From: Candidatus Omnitrophota bacterium
GTDB taxonomy: Bacteria; Omnitrophota; Gorgyraeia; Gygaellales; Profunditerraquicolaceae
Reading direction: 5' to 3'
NCBI GenBank assembly: GCA_028716965.1
Contig: JAQUOV010000002.1
Span: 132,472 to 196,471 of the forward strand
DNA length: 64,000 bases
Positions 12,148 to 24,100 of this stretch are shown here, one piece after another. The position numbers were made by a program, and so were the translations under genes. Under the pieces are notes generated by a model. It was not told the DNA's origin. It did not search any database and worked only from the letters and a program-made list of their open reading frames with translations. How positions within the stretch are numbered: the first letter of the stretch is position 1; the number at the start of each line of letters is the position of its first letter.

Positions 12148-15100
12148 ATGGCATACAGGCTTAGAAAAATCTTATCTTTTTTCCTTTGCTTTTTACTTAT
12201 TTTCCAGCAATCAGGCTTTACCCAGATTGCCGGAGAGTTGGATATTTCAGGCCGCTTTCTTGCCCTGCGCAACAGTTTTATCCAGGATAGATTCCGCCCA
12301 ATACATTTAAGGTATCTTTCGTACGATCCAAGTATTAACAATTTTAGCCTGCTTTTAGACAAAGGGGATTTTCTGAAGGGACTGTCCCCGAAGGATAAGG
12401 CACCCAAACCTATCGGATGGTTTGGTGCCCCGCCTTCTGCGGGGGTTGTTCCTGAAGAGATCTTGCAACAAGAAACCAAGACCCTGCTAAATTATTTTTT
12501 TATCGGCATATCTTTGCCAAATGAGGCTTTTTGGGTAAACCTTCGGCCTGATTCGCCCAATAATATCATAGATCCGGAGGTTGCCGAAACAGACGTGGGG
12601 CGTATTTTGTTGGAAGCAGACCTGCAGCTTAAGAAAGATACAGCAAGTTTTACCTCTCCCCAAACTCCCGAAGGTAAAGATTATTGGGATAAGTTATATA
12701 AAAAAGCAGAAGAACTATACGGTTCCGAAAATATAACCATACCTACGTTAACCCGCCCCTGGATTGTTCCGGATGAGATCATTATCAGGGAAAGTTCCGA
12801 TAATGCTTATATTTACAAGGCTACTCTTAAAGTTATGCTTGAGCAGGATTATCTGAAGGATTCGTTAGTTTATAATTTTACGGATGGACGCTCCAAGGCC
12901 TTAAACGAGTATTCTTCAGAGCTTATCCGTAATACCATTATCCCCAGGCTAACCAGAGAGATTAACTCTAGTAAAAGGTACGCTCCCTTGAGGCAGGTTT
13001 ATTATTCTTTAATCCTTGCCCAATGGTTTAAACAGAAATTCTACGGCAAATCCGGGCTGTATAGTTATCTTATAGACAAACATAATCTTCAGGGTTTAGC
13101 TTCCAAGTCGCCCTGGTCTAAAACAGATTATTTCAATGCTTACAAAGTTTCTTTTGAACAGGGGGAATACAATATTAAAGAGCCACGTTACACTCCTTTT
13201 GGCCAGGTTATCAGAAGTTATATGAGCGGAGGGATCCAGTTAGGCGGTCCAGAAGCTATAAAGCAAATTATCCACGCCAAACCAGCAGGCAATAGCTCCC
13301 CGTTGTTTTTTAGGAATAATTATATTGTTCAAGGGTTAGCAAAAGTCAGCAGCGCAATAGACGCTCCATATCACATAGAAGCAATAGACATAAACAATAT
13401 TATTCAGGGAGCAACAAACTCAAAACAACAGCCATCTAGTTCGCCGCTGCAGAGCGATGCTCCCGCGGTCTCCCTGGTTGCGCAAAAAAAGCCAGCCGCC
13501 ACTAGTCCTGCGCAGCAGCCAGAAAAAATTAGCAATATATACGGTTTAATCTCGGCTTTCAAGAAAGCGTTGTTCCAAAGAAAAGAACGCGCGCGTTTTT
13601 ATGAAATAAGAAAGCAGTTAATAAAAATGGGCTTTAGCCCCGCTGTTTATGAACAGGCTCTTGAGTATGCATTAGGCCTAAAGGATGCAGAGATGGCCTT
13701 GCAAGCTATCTCTGGCTTGGAACAAAAGTTTAGTACTGGCGAAGGCAAGCAGTCTGCTGAAACCTTGAAAATAATTGTTGTGTTGGCGGAACCGCAAATC
13801 GCCCAATACGCCATTAACTCCTTAGCGGTAGCGTTAACTATTGAATCGACTGATCAGAGCGCTGTATTTGCGTTAAGAGAAATTGCTAAATGCCCATTCA
13901 TAGAACCGCAAATCGCCCAATACGCCATTAACTCCTTAGCGTCGGCATTAGTTACCACTACTGATTTCGGCTTCAGCGAAGGCATTGCTTATGAATTATT
14001 TCATTTAGCCCAAGGAGGAAGAAAAGCCGTTCGAGATAAAGCCCTTTCTTCGTTAGAGATGGCCTTAAGTACTCCAGGGTTAAATCCCAAGATTTATGAA
14101 CGAATAGCTAAATTATTTGAAAGTCTTATCAGATATGCAAAAAAAGATACTGCGCAGGAAGTTATATCTTTTTTGGAATCAATTAGGGATATAAAGGCAT
14201 CGGAGCTAGACCCCGTTGCATTTAAGGTCATGGGTTATGCCTTAGCTAATACAGGTTGGCAGAGACGGGGTCTTGTTCGCAGAACCTCTATTTTTCCATT
14301 GGAGAAAGATGGTCTGCTAAAAAAATTAGCAATAATTATTCATCCTGTAGAAGATAATAATGGTGCTTTCAAAGATATTGAGAATAAGGGCAAGCAGTTA
14401 GAGTCTCGAGGATACCGAGTTATAATCGCACGCGTTGATGGAATAGATGCGCTCTTGGCAGCATTAAAGGCTGCTACCGCACAGCAGAGAGCTTCAGTAA
14501 TAATGATAGGCGGGCATGGGAGTCGTACTAGTATACAACTTGGATTCGGGGAACCCAATTCAAAATTAACAATTAGGGATAAGCAATTAAAAGAAAAATT
14601 ATCAGCCGCGGTCGGCACATTAGAAGAGAACGGCATTATTATTCTAGATAGCTGTAGTACAGGAAAAGGCGGGAGGATATTTTCAAATATCGCCCAGCTA
14701 TTCGCGGATATCTTCCCGCAGGGTTTCGTCTTTGCTTCTCCTTATCCTGTAGTAGCAGAAAAGGGGATCAAGTTGGTTTTCAATAATAAAAACGAAGTAA
14801 CCGCAGTAGAATTTCTCCATGCATATTGGCCGCATGGCTACTATAATTCTGCAGCTAAGAGGGATCTTAATTCTCCCAAAAATTTAGCAATTGCAGAGAA
14901 AGTTCGGGATCCAGAGGATTCGCAAAATGGTTCCGCCAGCTCGCCGCAGGAGACAAAGATTGCGAATAATCAGACATCCTCTCCAATCAATAGTTCAGAG
15001 ACACTATTAGATCCAAAAGATGTATTGAGGCCAGATGGCTGGAGGAAGCTAAAATTAATGGTGTCGTTTGTGAGGGAATTAATTAATTCGGGGATAGAAT

Positions 15101-18100
15101 TTGATGATGGGTATTACCGTGGCCTGTTTGACAATGATATATTCTTAAATGAAGCGGAGAGGGTTTTTGGGGAAAGAAGGTTAATTCCGGCCAGAATAGA
15201 TACCTATATTTATAACCAGGCTACATCTGTTGAACAGGCTTTAATAGAATTGATTGCTAATGCTCAGGATGCCGTGGTAAATGAGAAAAAGATAGGCAGG
15301 TTCGGAGTAGGCGCTTATCAGATGTTCCGGGAACTAAAAAGCCCGGAAGACACAATTATAGTTACTACGTCCACAGATGGCAGGCTCGGCTGGAGAATAA
15401 CTTTTAAGCTTATTGAAGGAGATCTGTGTTGTAAGACAGAGCAGCTATCAGAAGGGATAGAAAAAGGTACCACGGTAGCCGTCAATACAAAGCTTTCATC
15501 CGAAGATGTGCAAGAACGTATCAACTATATAAAGAATAAGCTGCACACCAATGCCAGGAGCAAAATTACGGTTAATGGCATCTTGATCAATAATCCCGAA
15601 CAATACCATTACATTAACGGCGATAATCTTGTTATGCCTGACATAGAGCCGGTTCAGGTTGAGATTACAGGAAAGGGGTATGTAGTAATAGACAAGGGAA
15701 GCGGGATGAGTCCAAAGACCATTTGGGAGAAGTTTTTGGTTCCCAAGGGTACTACTAAGGCCATTGAAGGTAAGCCGGCAGAAAAAAGTTCAGAGATCAG
15801 GGAAGAGACGCATTTGTTCTATTCAAATATAATATCCGGTGAAGGGCAGGGAAGAGTAGCTGTTCAAATCAGCGGTGTAAAGAATATTGAAGTCCCGATT
15901 TTCGGGATGAATATCCCTGAAGAGTTGATCATTGAGCTTCCGCATGATGCATGGCTTCCGGAGTCAAGAGATAAAATCGCCATGGACAGCGTTACAAGGG
16001 AGGGGTTGCTTGAGGTAATGCGTAAGCTTACTTCTCCCCAAAGAAGCGATATAGCCAATAGGTACGCTTTAATTAACGGAGTAGCTTCATTATTAAGGCA
16101 TATTTTAAAGGACAGTGAAGATAAGTCATTATTGTATGAACTTAGAAGGATGTGCAGCGATTATATACAGGCTGAAGGATTTGGAAAGATATTCCTGCCG
16201 AACAGAAAAGAACTCGCTTTGTTACTTCTTTCTCCTGAGCAAGAAGTAATATTTTTGGATGAGCAGATGTTTTATTTTCGCCCTAGTAATATACCGAGCG
16301 TGGAGAAAGTAAGGGATTTTGTTTCTGCGGCATATGAATTATATATTGGAAACCTGGATGATCCGGAGGAAAGTAATATATATATTGAAGGCAGCTATCC
16401 GGATGGCAGAGGATGGATTATTTTGGATAGAAAGGTCTGGGAAAAGCATAAAGCTGATCCGGCCTGGCTTAATGGATTCTTGAATTTTAGTATTGGATAT
16501 GGAGATGAAGGGAAAAACTTTGGCACTATTATAAAATCTTCGGCGGGAAAGGTATCTTCCGGGGAAGCAGGTCTATCTACGGACCAATTATCTTCGGGGC
16601 CCAGCATCGGCAAAAAAGGGTTTAAAATCAGCCAGGAAGAAATAGATGCCCTGAGAAATGATTTGATTTCCAGCAAGATGATTAAAGAACAACTGGATGA
16701 TTTTGAAGAAAGGGACGTAAATTTTATTATAAAGATAGCTGAAGAGTCAATTGCCGCAGGGGAGATTAATAAGGGCAATATAGATGAAAAAAGAATTAAA
16801 TTACATAGTTGGCTTGCATTGCTCAAGGATTTAAAGAGGTCTTTGCCTGAGGGGATGTTTAGCGAGGCATGGCTGCAAAAGGAACTTTATCAGGTGAAAT
16901 TTAATATTTTTTCTTCCCAAGAGATTATTTCTAGCCCCGAAGTTGCTAACGGAAAGTTGTATTTCTATATTACGCGGTTTGGCGATGAAACTGTCCATTG
17001 GACTACATTTGAAATAAATAAGCAGGGAACGGTTATCTCTTTTGAAGGTGCGCGTCCGGTATTTACAAGCCAACATATATATCTTATAGAAAAAGATAGT
17101 AATCTGCATAAAATATCAATAAGGAATAGCGGTGAAAATAAGATTATTCTTGAGAAGGTAGTTGGAGAGTACTTGGAAGGATCAAAAAACGAGAATCTAC
17201 TAGCGCTTGTACAAGAAGGAGAAATCATTTCAATTAAGATCATTTCCGGAGAGAATGTTGCAGAATTCTGCCGTCTGCCCGCACAAGAGATGGCTGGTAT
17301 GTTGTCCGAAAAACCTTCTGCGGTAGTATGTAACAATAAGTATGTGGTATGGTTTAGCCATTTCGGTCCCCAAATGATATTTAAGGTAAATTCCTCCGGA
17401 GATATGCAACAGATTAAAATCAAAGGAGTGGACCGGATTAAGACCATAGCAATATTCCCAAACGGAAATATTGCTATTGCCGGGCATAAGAAAACGTCTT
17501 TCCAGGATGATTTCCTTAATAAATACAGCGCGTCAAGCTCGCTGAAAGCGGATTACTTCTCGGGCATAAACAGAAAGGCAGAAATTATTTTTGTCGATGA
17601 TCATGGGAAGACGGATGAGTATTATGTCCAGGATGAGGGTATTTGGCAGAAGGATGATGCGGTATATTTTCTTAAGGATAAAGGATTAGTACGCCTTAAC
17701 CAAAATGGGGAAAGTAAAATGTTTGCCTTGCCGAACATCGACCAAATACTTGGAAGTAAGAAAATAGATTCCTTGGTATTTTCCGGAAAATACATTTATT
17801 TAGTTATTGCTGGCAGGGATGTCCCTTTGCCCGGAACAAACCCGTTATACAGAATAGAAGTTGATAAGGAGGAAGCAAAGGAGATTACCGATGGTTCGTT
17901 GTCCCATACATTGATTACCGCAGGGGAACAGTCATATTGCATATCGCTAAAGAAGGGCGGGAGCAGGAAAATCCGGCGCATAGAAGAAAACGGGGAAATG
18001 GTAATTATTTATAATGAATGGGATGTAAAAGCCGCAATTCCGGACGGCAATTCGCTGTTTGTCGTTCGGGAAGAAAGCAGGCAAGGCATGTATAACAAAT

Positions 18101-21100
18101 TGTCATTATACGAAATAAGTCAGGATGGCAAGGCAAAGTTTACTTATTCCTTAGAGGGTGTTGATTTGGAGTTCTGGAAGATGGAAAATGGAGAATTTAT
18201 GTTTTTAGAAGATTATGATGAGTTGGCCAGCCAGGAAGATGAGGTAAGCCTTCACGCCAATCCTTCTGAACCGTTTAGAACATTAAGAAGGGTTAACATT
18301 TATAATCAGCGCACAGGAGAGGCTGTAAAAAGGAGCGCAATATTCTTCGAAGGTTCTTACAGAAATATGGTTTTCTTAGACGGGCATCCTTTTGCGGTAG
18401 AATCTTATCAAATAACTGCCTACCCGAATCTATCCTTGCTTATTGAACAGAGAGAATATTTGAGGAAGAATTTAACTGTTCTTCAAGAAAGATACCTGCC
18501 GCAATTGTTCGGCTTATTGTCTGTGTTGAGGCAGAATGAAAGGGAGCGACTTTTGCAGTCTTTGGTTACTCATAAACAGTGGATGCCGGCGTTGATTTTC
18601 TTGTCCCCCGAAACCATATTGAAAGCCGGAGAAGGTATTGAACAATTACGCCAAATTCTAGATGACGTGGTTTATAAGGCCAAGAATATAAAGCAGATCA
18701 GAGAAACGTTTAAATTTATCAACTTTATATTTAGCACCATTAAAGACGAAAAGATAGCTTTACGGATTACAGGAAGATGGTGCAAGGTTTTCTTAAAGAA
18801 CCCGGATTTAGCAGAAGTAATAGCCGATAAAATGCAGGAGAAATTTGATGTACCGCAAGATGGATTTATTGAAATGTTTGCACGTAGATTTGGCATGGGA
18901 ATGAATGCCGGGGGAGTAAGTACGGGGAAAAACCCGTTAGAATTTTATCAGGATTCAAAGGATCTGGCTTACCTGCCTAGCGAGGTCAGATTATATTTAG
19001 ATTTCTTAGTCAGTGAAGAATTAATGGTCCCTGTATTCTTATCTGAAGATAGGTTTTCCGGAAGAAAAACCAAAGCCGAGATAAAGGGGGTTGATTTATC
19101 AACCCTAATCCGCCTGCGTGAGTTATCGCCAGATACCATCCTGCAGCATCATGATGTGCAATGGGAAGATGTGGTATTGGGGGTCTTGGGCTTGAACGGC
19201 TCTGACATACAGGGGATCAGGAGGGATATTGCCGGGGCGGTAAATAGCCAAGATAAAACCCAGCAATACTGGATCAGGGAGTTGGCACAAAACGCAAGAG
19301 ATGCTATCCGTGCGATGTCGGGCATAGAAGTAAAAAGTGGATTCTTGGGACATGGGTTTTATACTGCATTTGCAGGGGGTTGCAATGAAGTGCGCATAAG
19401 AACCGGCAATGGCACATATGCCTATGAAATAGTCTTAAAGCCGAGTTATGACCCTAAAGGGGACATGGTTGACATTGCGGTTGTAAGAATGACCCGTTAT
19501 GAGAGCAATTTTAAAGGGACTCAAATACAGCGCGTGAATTATTATAATAGTACGGCAGATGAAGATGTGATTTTGGGTGTATTGTATACTACCCGCCAAG
19601 TAAAACGTTTTTTAGGAGCAATACCTTCAACGGGCGAAGATGGGGTTTCAGTAATTTACAATAATGAGTTAATTAATGAAGATGGGCACAGGAGTGAAAA
19701 TGCTGCAAGGGTTATAAAGATAGGAAATGGCGTTACACAAACGCCCAATAAAGATGGCTATTACGAATGGGTTGTTAGTATTACCGATCCGGCAGGAATG
19801 GATTTGCATACGATTTTAAACAAGCTTCTGCCTCCTGATGTATCGGGCAAGCCCGCGCAAGTGTCGCCAGCCAAGGGCGCCATAGGGGCAAACTTAGAAT
19901 CAAGTTTTAGTAAAGATAAAATATTGCGTGTTACGGTAGATAGGTTGTATGTGGATGATGTCGACTCAAAATATACCGAACTTGTCCCGCAGGATATCCG
20001 CCAGGTTTTATTAAAAAGAGGCTGGAATATCAATTTTCCCCAAGGCACGCCTGTTACTAGAACCAGGATAGGCGTAATGGATAGTCAATATTACAGGCCT
20101 TGGATTGCCGCCTTGGCTTTAAGAAGCGCCGTGGTTTTATATCTGAACGAAGGCATTCCTGAACTGGAAGGCTTAATTCCAAAGGACTATATATATTCTA
20201 ATTCCAATGCTATCCGAGTATCGCCAGATATCCTTGAAGACGCCGAAGCGATAAATAACGGTATGCCGGAAAAAGTTGACTTTTCAAAATACAATAATCC
20301 ACATTTGTTGGTGCAGTTGTTTACCGTGATTAAAGTAGCGTGGAAGGAAGAGCGTATCTCGCTTTGGGAAATTAAACAGAGAGTTCTTGAGGAGTATAAA
20401 AAGACTGCCGATAAAGTTAGCCTTGAAGGTATATTGCCCCCAGGCTTGCAAGGTTTACGCGATAGAGCAGAATCTTATATAACGCAAAGCATAAATAAGC
20501 GCAGGGTTGATATCAGTTTTTTGATGCAAGAGCCCATTATTATTGCCTTTCAAGAATTTGTTAACATATTGAATCGGTTGATAAAAGTAAACAATAAAAC
20601 TAATTTTGTCTGCGATATAGGCGCTCCTTACAGTGCTTACGCCAGTGCGTTTGTGCCGGCAGAAGGGGCTATTACATGGAATCTTGCTTATTATGAATCT
20701 ATCCTCCAAGAGCTTCTTAATTTTATATCCACTGGGGCCTTAGATGGAAACTTCTTGAAATTTATTGAGACTTATATCCATGAATCTAGCCATACGGTAG
20801 AGGGAAGTTACCAGGAAAAATATAAAAATGAGTGGACGCACCAGGCAGCCAGAAATGTCGGCGGGGCTTTCGGTTGGATTATGGATTTATTGTATGGAAG
20901 ATTGCTTTCTAACATGGGGACCCCTGAAGAGTTCCGGGAAATGTCGAAAAAAGAATTAGAAGAAATGGACTTTACCATTGAGGCATTAAGGGAATCATAT
21001 GAAAAAGTCAGTAACTACATAGACCAACAAACTCCCCCCATAGGTCTCTCGACATTAGAAAAAGTAGAATTTAAGCAGCCTGCCGCTTCGCCGATAATAT

Positions 21101-24100
21101 TAAAAGAGTCTTCAAACATCTCGAATCAGCCTATAGATACAGGTCGGCGCAGATTTATTCAATTACTCGGTTCATTCGGATTAGCGAGCCTCATCGTACC
21201 AGTTCAAACTCAAGCTCAAATGTTATTCCAGTGTATTATTCAGGTAGTAACTAATGTGTTAACCGATCGTGAAATTAAGCATATTAATGCGTGGGTTAAG
21301 GAATTAATAAGGCTGGCTGATCAAGGCAATGTTGCGGAATTTCAGCAACAATTTAATAGGATGTATGAGGGGAAACCAGTTAGGAAAGATGAGGAAAAGG
21401 ACCCGACCATAACAATGAACATATCGGCTCATAGCGTGGGTTTTAGTATGGAAGCGTATACGAGACCCAAAGTCATCATTCCAAATAAGCTCTTTTTATC
21501 TAAAAATTTTTATAATTGGAAAAGTGAAATCAAGCAAGAGATTGTAAAACAGATCTTGAAAAATGCTTATGGGCTCGGAGCCCCAGAGTCATTTGAGGTC
21601 CTTGAGATTCTTGATGCGATCAGCTCAAACGAAAGACTTTTTAATATGCTAGACATGGAAGAGCAAAAATTGCTTTATACATACATAGGAAAGGCTTCAG
21701 TCAGCCAGGCATTGCTTTCTACGGAGAAAGATGTGTACCCTGCTATTGGCAGATGGATAAATTCTATCCATGATTTATATGAACAGGATGGAAAGTGGTC
21801 GGAATATGTTAAAAAATATCTTGATTCGCGCTTTTGCTCTGATGAGCAGTTATATATTTTATTGAGCCGCGGAGGGTTTGAATTATACACAGGGACATTT
21901 AACCGCGTGTTTGATGAGTTGCTAAAGAGAATACAGGCCAGTGGAAATATTATAGCATGGTTAAGCAAAGTTGATTCTGCGGGAAACATGACAAGCGAAT
22001 TTTTGTTATCGTTATCCGGCAGAGGAAGGCTAATTAGGGTGATTGATGCTTCAGCCGTTAATTTGGCCCAAAAAGAGAAGATGCTAAAACAGATTTGTGA
22101 CATAATTCGTAATATTGCATCAGCTAATGCAAAAGAGTTAATGGAGGAAAAGACTAAAATGGCGTATATTTCTAATGCCGTAAAAGATATCTTTAATTAT
22201 GGCAATAGTAACGTCAATGACTATTTAAAAGAGATTATTCTGCAGATAAAAGATAATGGGGGTATATATGGAAAAGCGTTTTCGCTTATGATTATGGCTA
22301 AATTCCAAAATGTTTTTGGTTCGACCCCGGAAACCGAAGAAATAAGAGCGGTGCTTGATTATGCTGCCAGCCCTCCATACGAACAAATACTCAAGCCCGG
22401 GAAGCGCTTAGTAGTATTAGTCGACTTCGCAAATTCCGCAAAAGATTTCTTAGGTGAATTAGTAAAGCAGTTGAGCAGTAATTATGGAGGAAGATATAAA
22501 ATAAGAAGCCATAAGCCTGATGTGCAGCATGGGATTGTAACCGTCATTGGAGGTTCAATTAATGGGGTGGATATAGAATTCCATCTTGCCAGAGGCATAT
22601 CCGGAGATGAATTTAGGGAAACGATGGAATCAGGAAAGTATTCAATTATTTTCACACGGCATCATTCTTATGAAGGTGGGGATTTTCTTGGGGTAGGATC
22701 AAATACCGTAATTCCGCAGGTAATCGGGACAGTTGGGACAGGCAAGGGTATTGAAAATAACGCTTTTTCAATTGTGCTTAGCGAAGAAATCGCGAAGACA
22801 TTCTCTTCTAGAACAGGGTGGGATGAGGTTTGGCATAATATGCGCAAGCGGTTACCCAAAAGTATGGATAATTATTTACCGCCCAATCACATTTCATTTT
22901 TGATATCATACGTATTGAATGCTATAGATACGCGTTCAACAAAGATAGATCTCAACGGCGATATTCATAACAAGCAACTGATAAAGACAATAGTGGTAGA
23001 TGGTGGTTGCGGCGGGATTAATCGAATTCCATCATATTTAAATAAGTATGGTTATGCAATAGAGAAATTTAAGAATCACCCAGCGGGAAGTCCATTATCT
23101 ATTAGACAACAAGTGGTCCCTCTAGGCAGTGCAGTGGTTTCTGGTTCATCTTCACCTGCGGACAAGATAGAGAGAGGGGGGAAAGGCGTGGATTATAGGG
23201 CTCTTGCAATAAACAGGATCCGCGATGCCTTTCAGAAAGTGCTTAACCGTAATCCGGAAGATAGAGAGGTCATGGATGTGTTTGGGTTTATAGAATCCGA
23301 CCCAGACGGAACTTATTTGGAAGAAAGAACTTATTTCGCAGTGGCGGAGGCTTATGCTAACGAAATAAAAAGAGCGGGTGCCAGCTCGCCGATTGGCATT
23401 AGCAGAACCCAGGAAGAGTTGGCTTACTACCAGCAATTAAAGGAAAATGGACCGCTGGTATTTGACAAGGATAATGATAGATGGTTTTTGGATGAAGCAT
23501 GGTCAGGTTATGATTATCATAGTGTCCGCAGTTTATTAACACCAATAGATCTAAAGAATCCGGATACATTAGAAGAGGAATTGGGCAGGATAAATGCGAT
23601 TTTCACCAGATTTGATTTAAGTAAGGTAAATAGCTTTGGCGCACTTTATGCATATATAAGATGGAGATTGTCTCCTAATCGTTACGGCGCTAATTCAAGG
23701 GTTTCCGTGGAAACCCTTGTAAACATTATTGAACAGGCACGGGATGGCAAAGAAATCAATATTGCTTTTACGGATCCGTTACTAACCCAAATATTGGATA
23801 AGGCCAAAGATCTGGTTGAGACTGATAAATCCTCCAGCTCGCCGATTAAGTTGTCTTCTAGATTAGCTATGATAGAAACGCAGATATATAATCTTGAGCG
23901 GCTGCTTTTAGATGAGGAGAAGTTAAACAATGGAGAGTGGCTTGAGCTATATTTAGCTGCAGAAGGACAAATCGGGGATGAAGCACTTTATTATGGTAAT
24001 CTGAAAATTGTTCAGGATGCCAAGGGTAATGAATCCAAATTACACCAATTAAAAAGAGCCTTTGAGCCTTATGTAAAAGGGCTTTTAACCAAGGCCAAGG

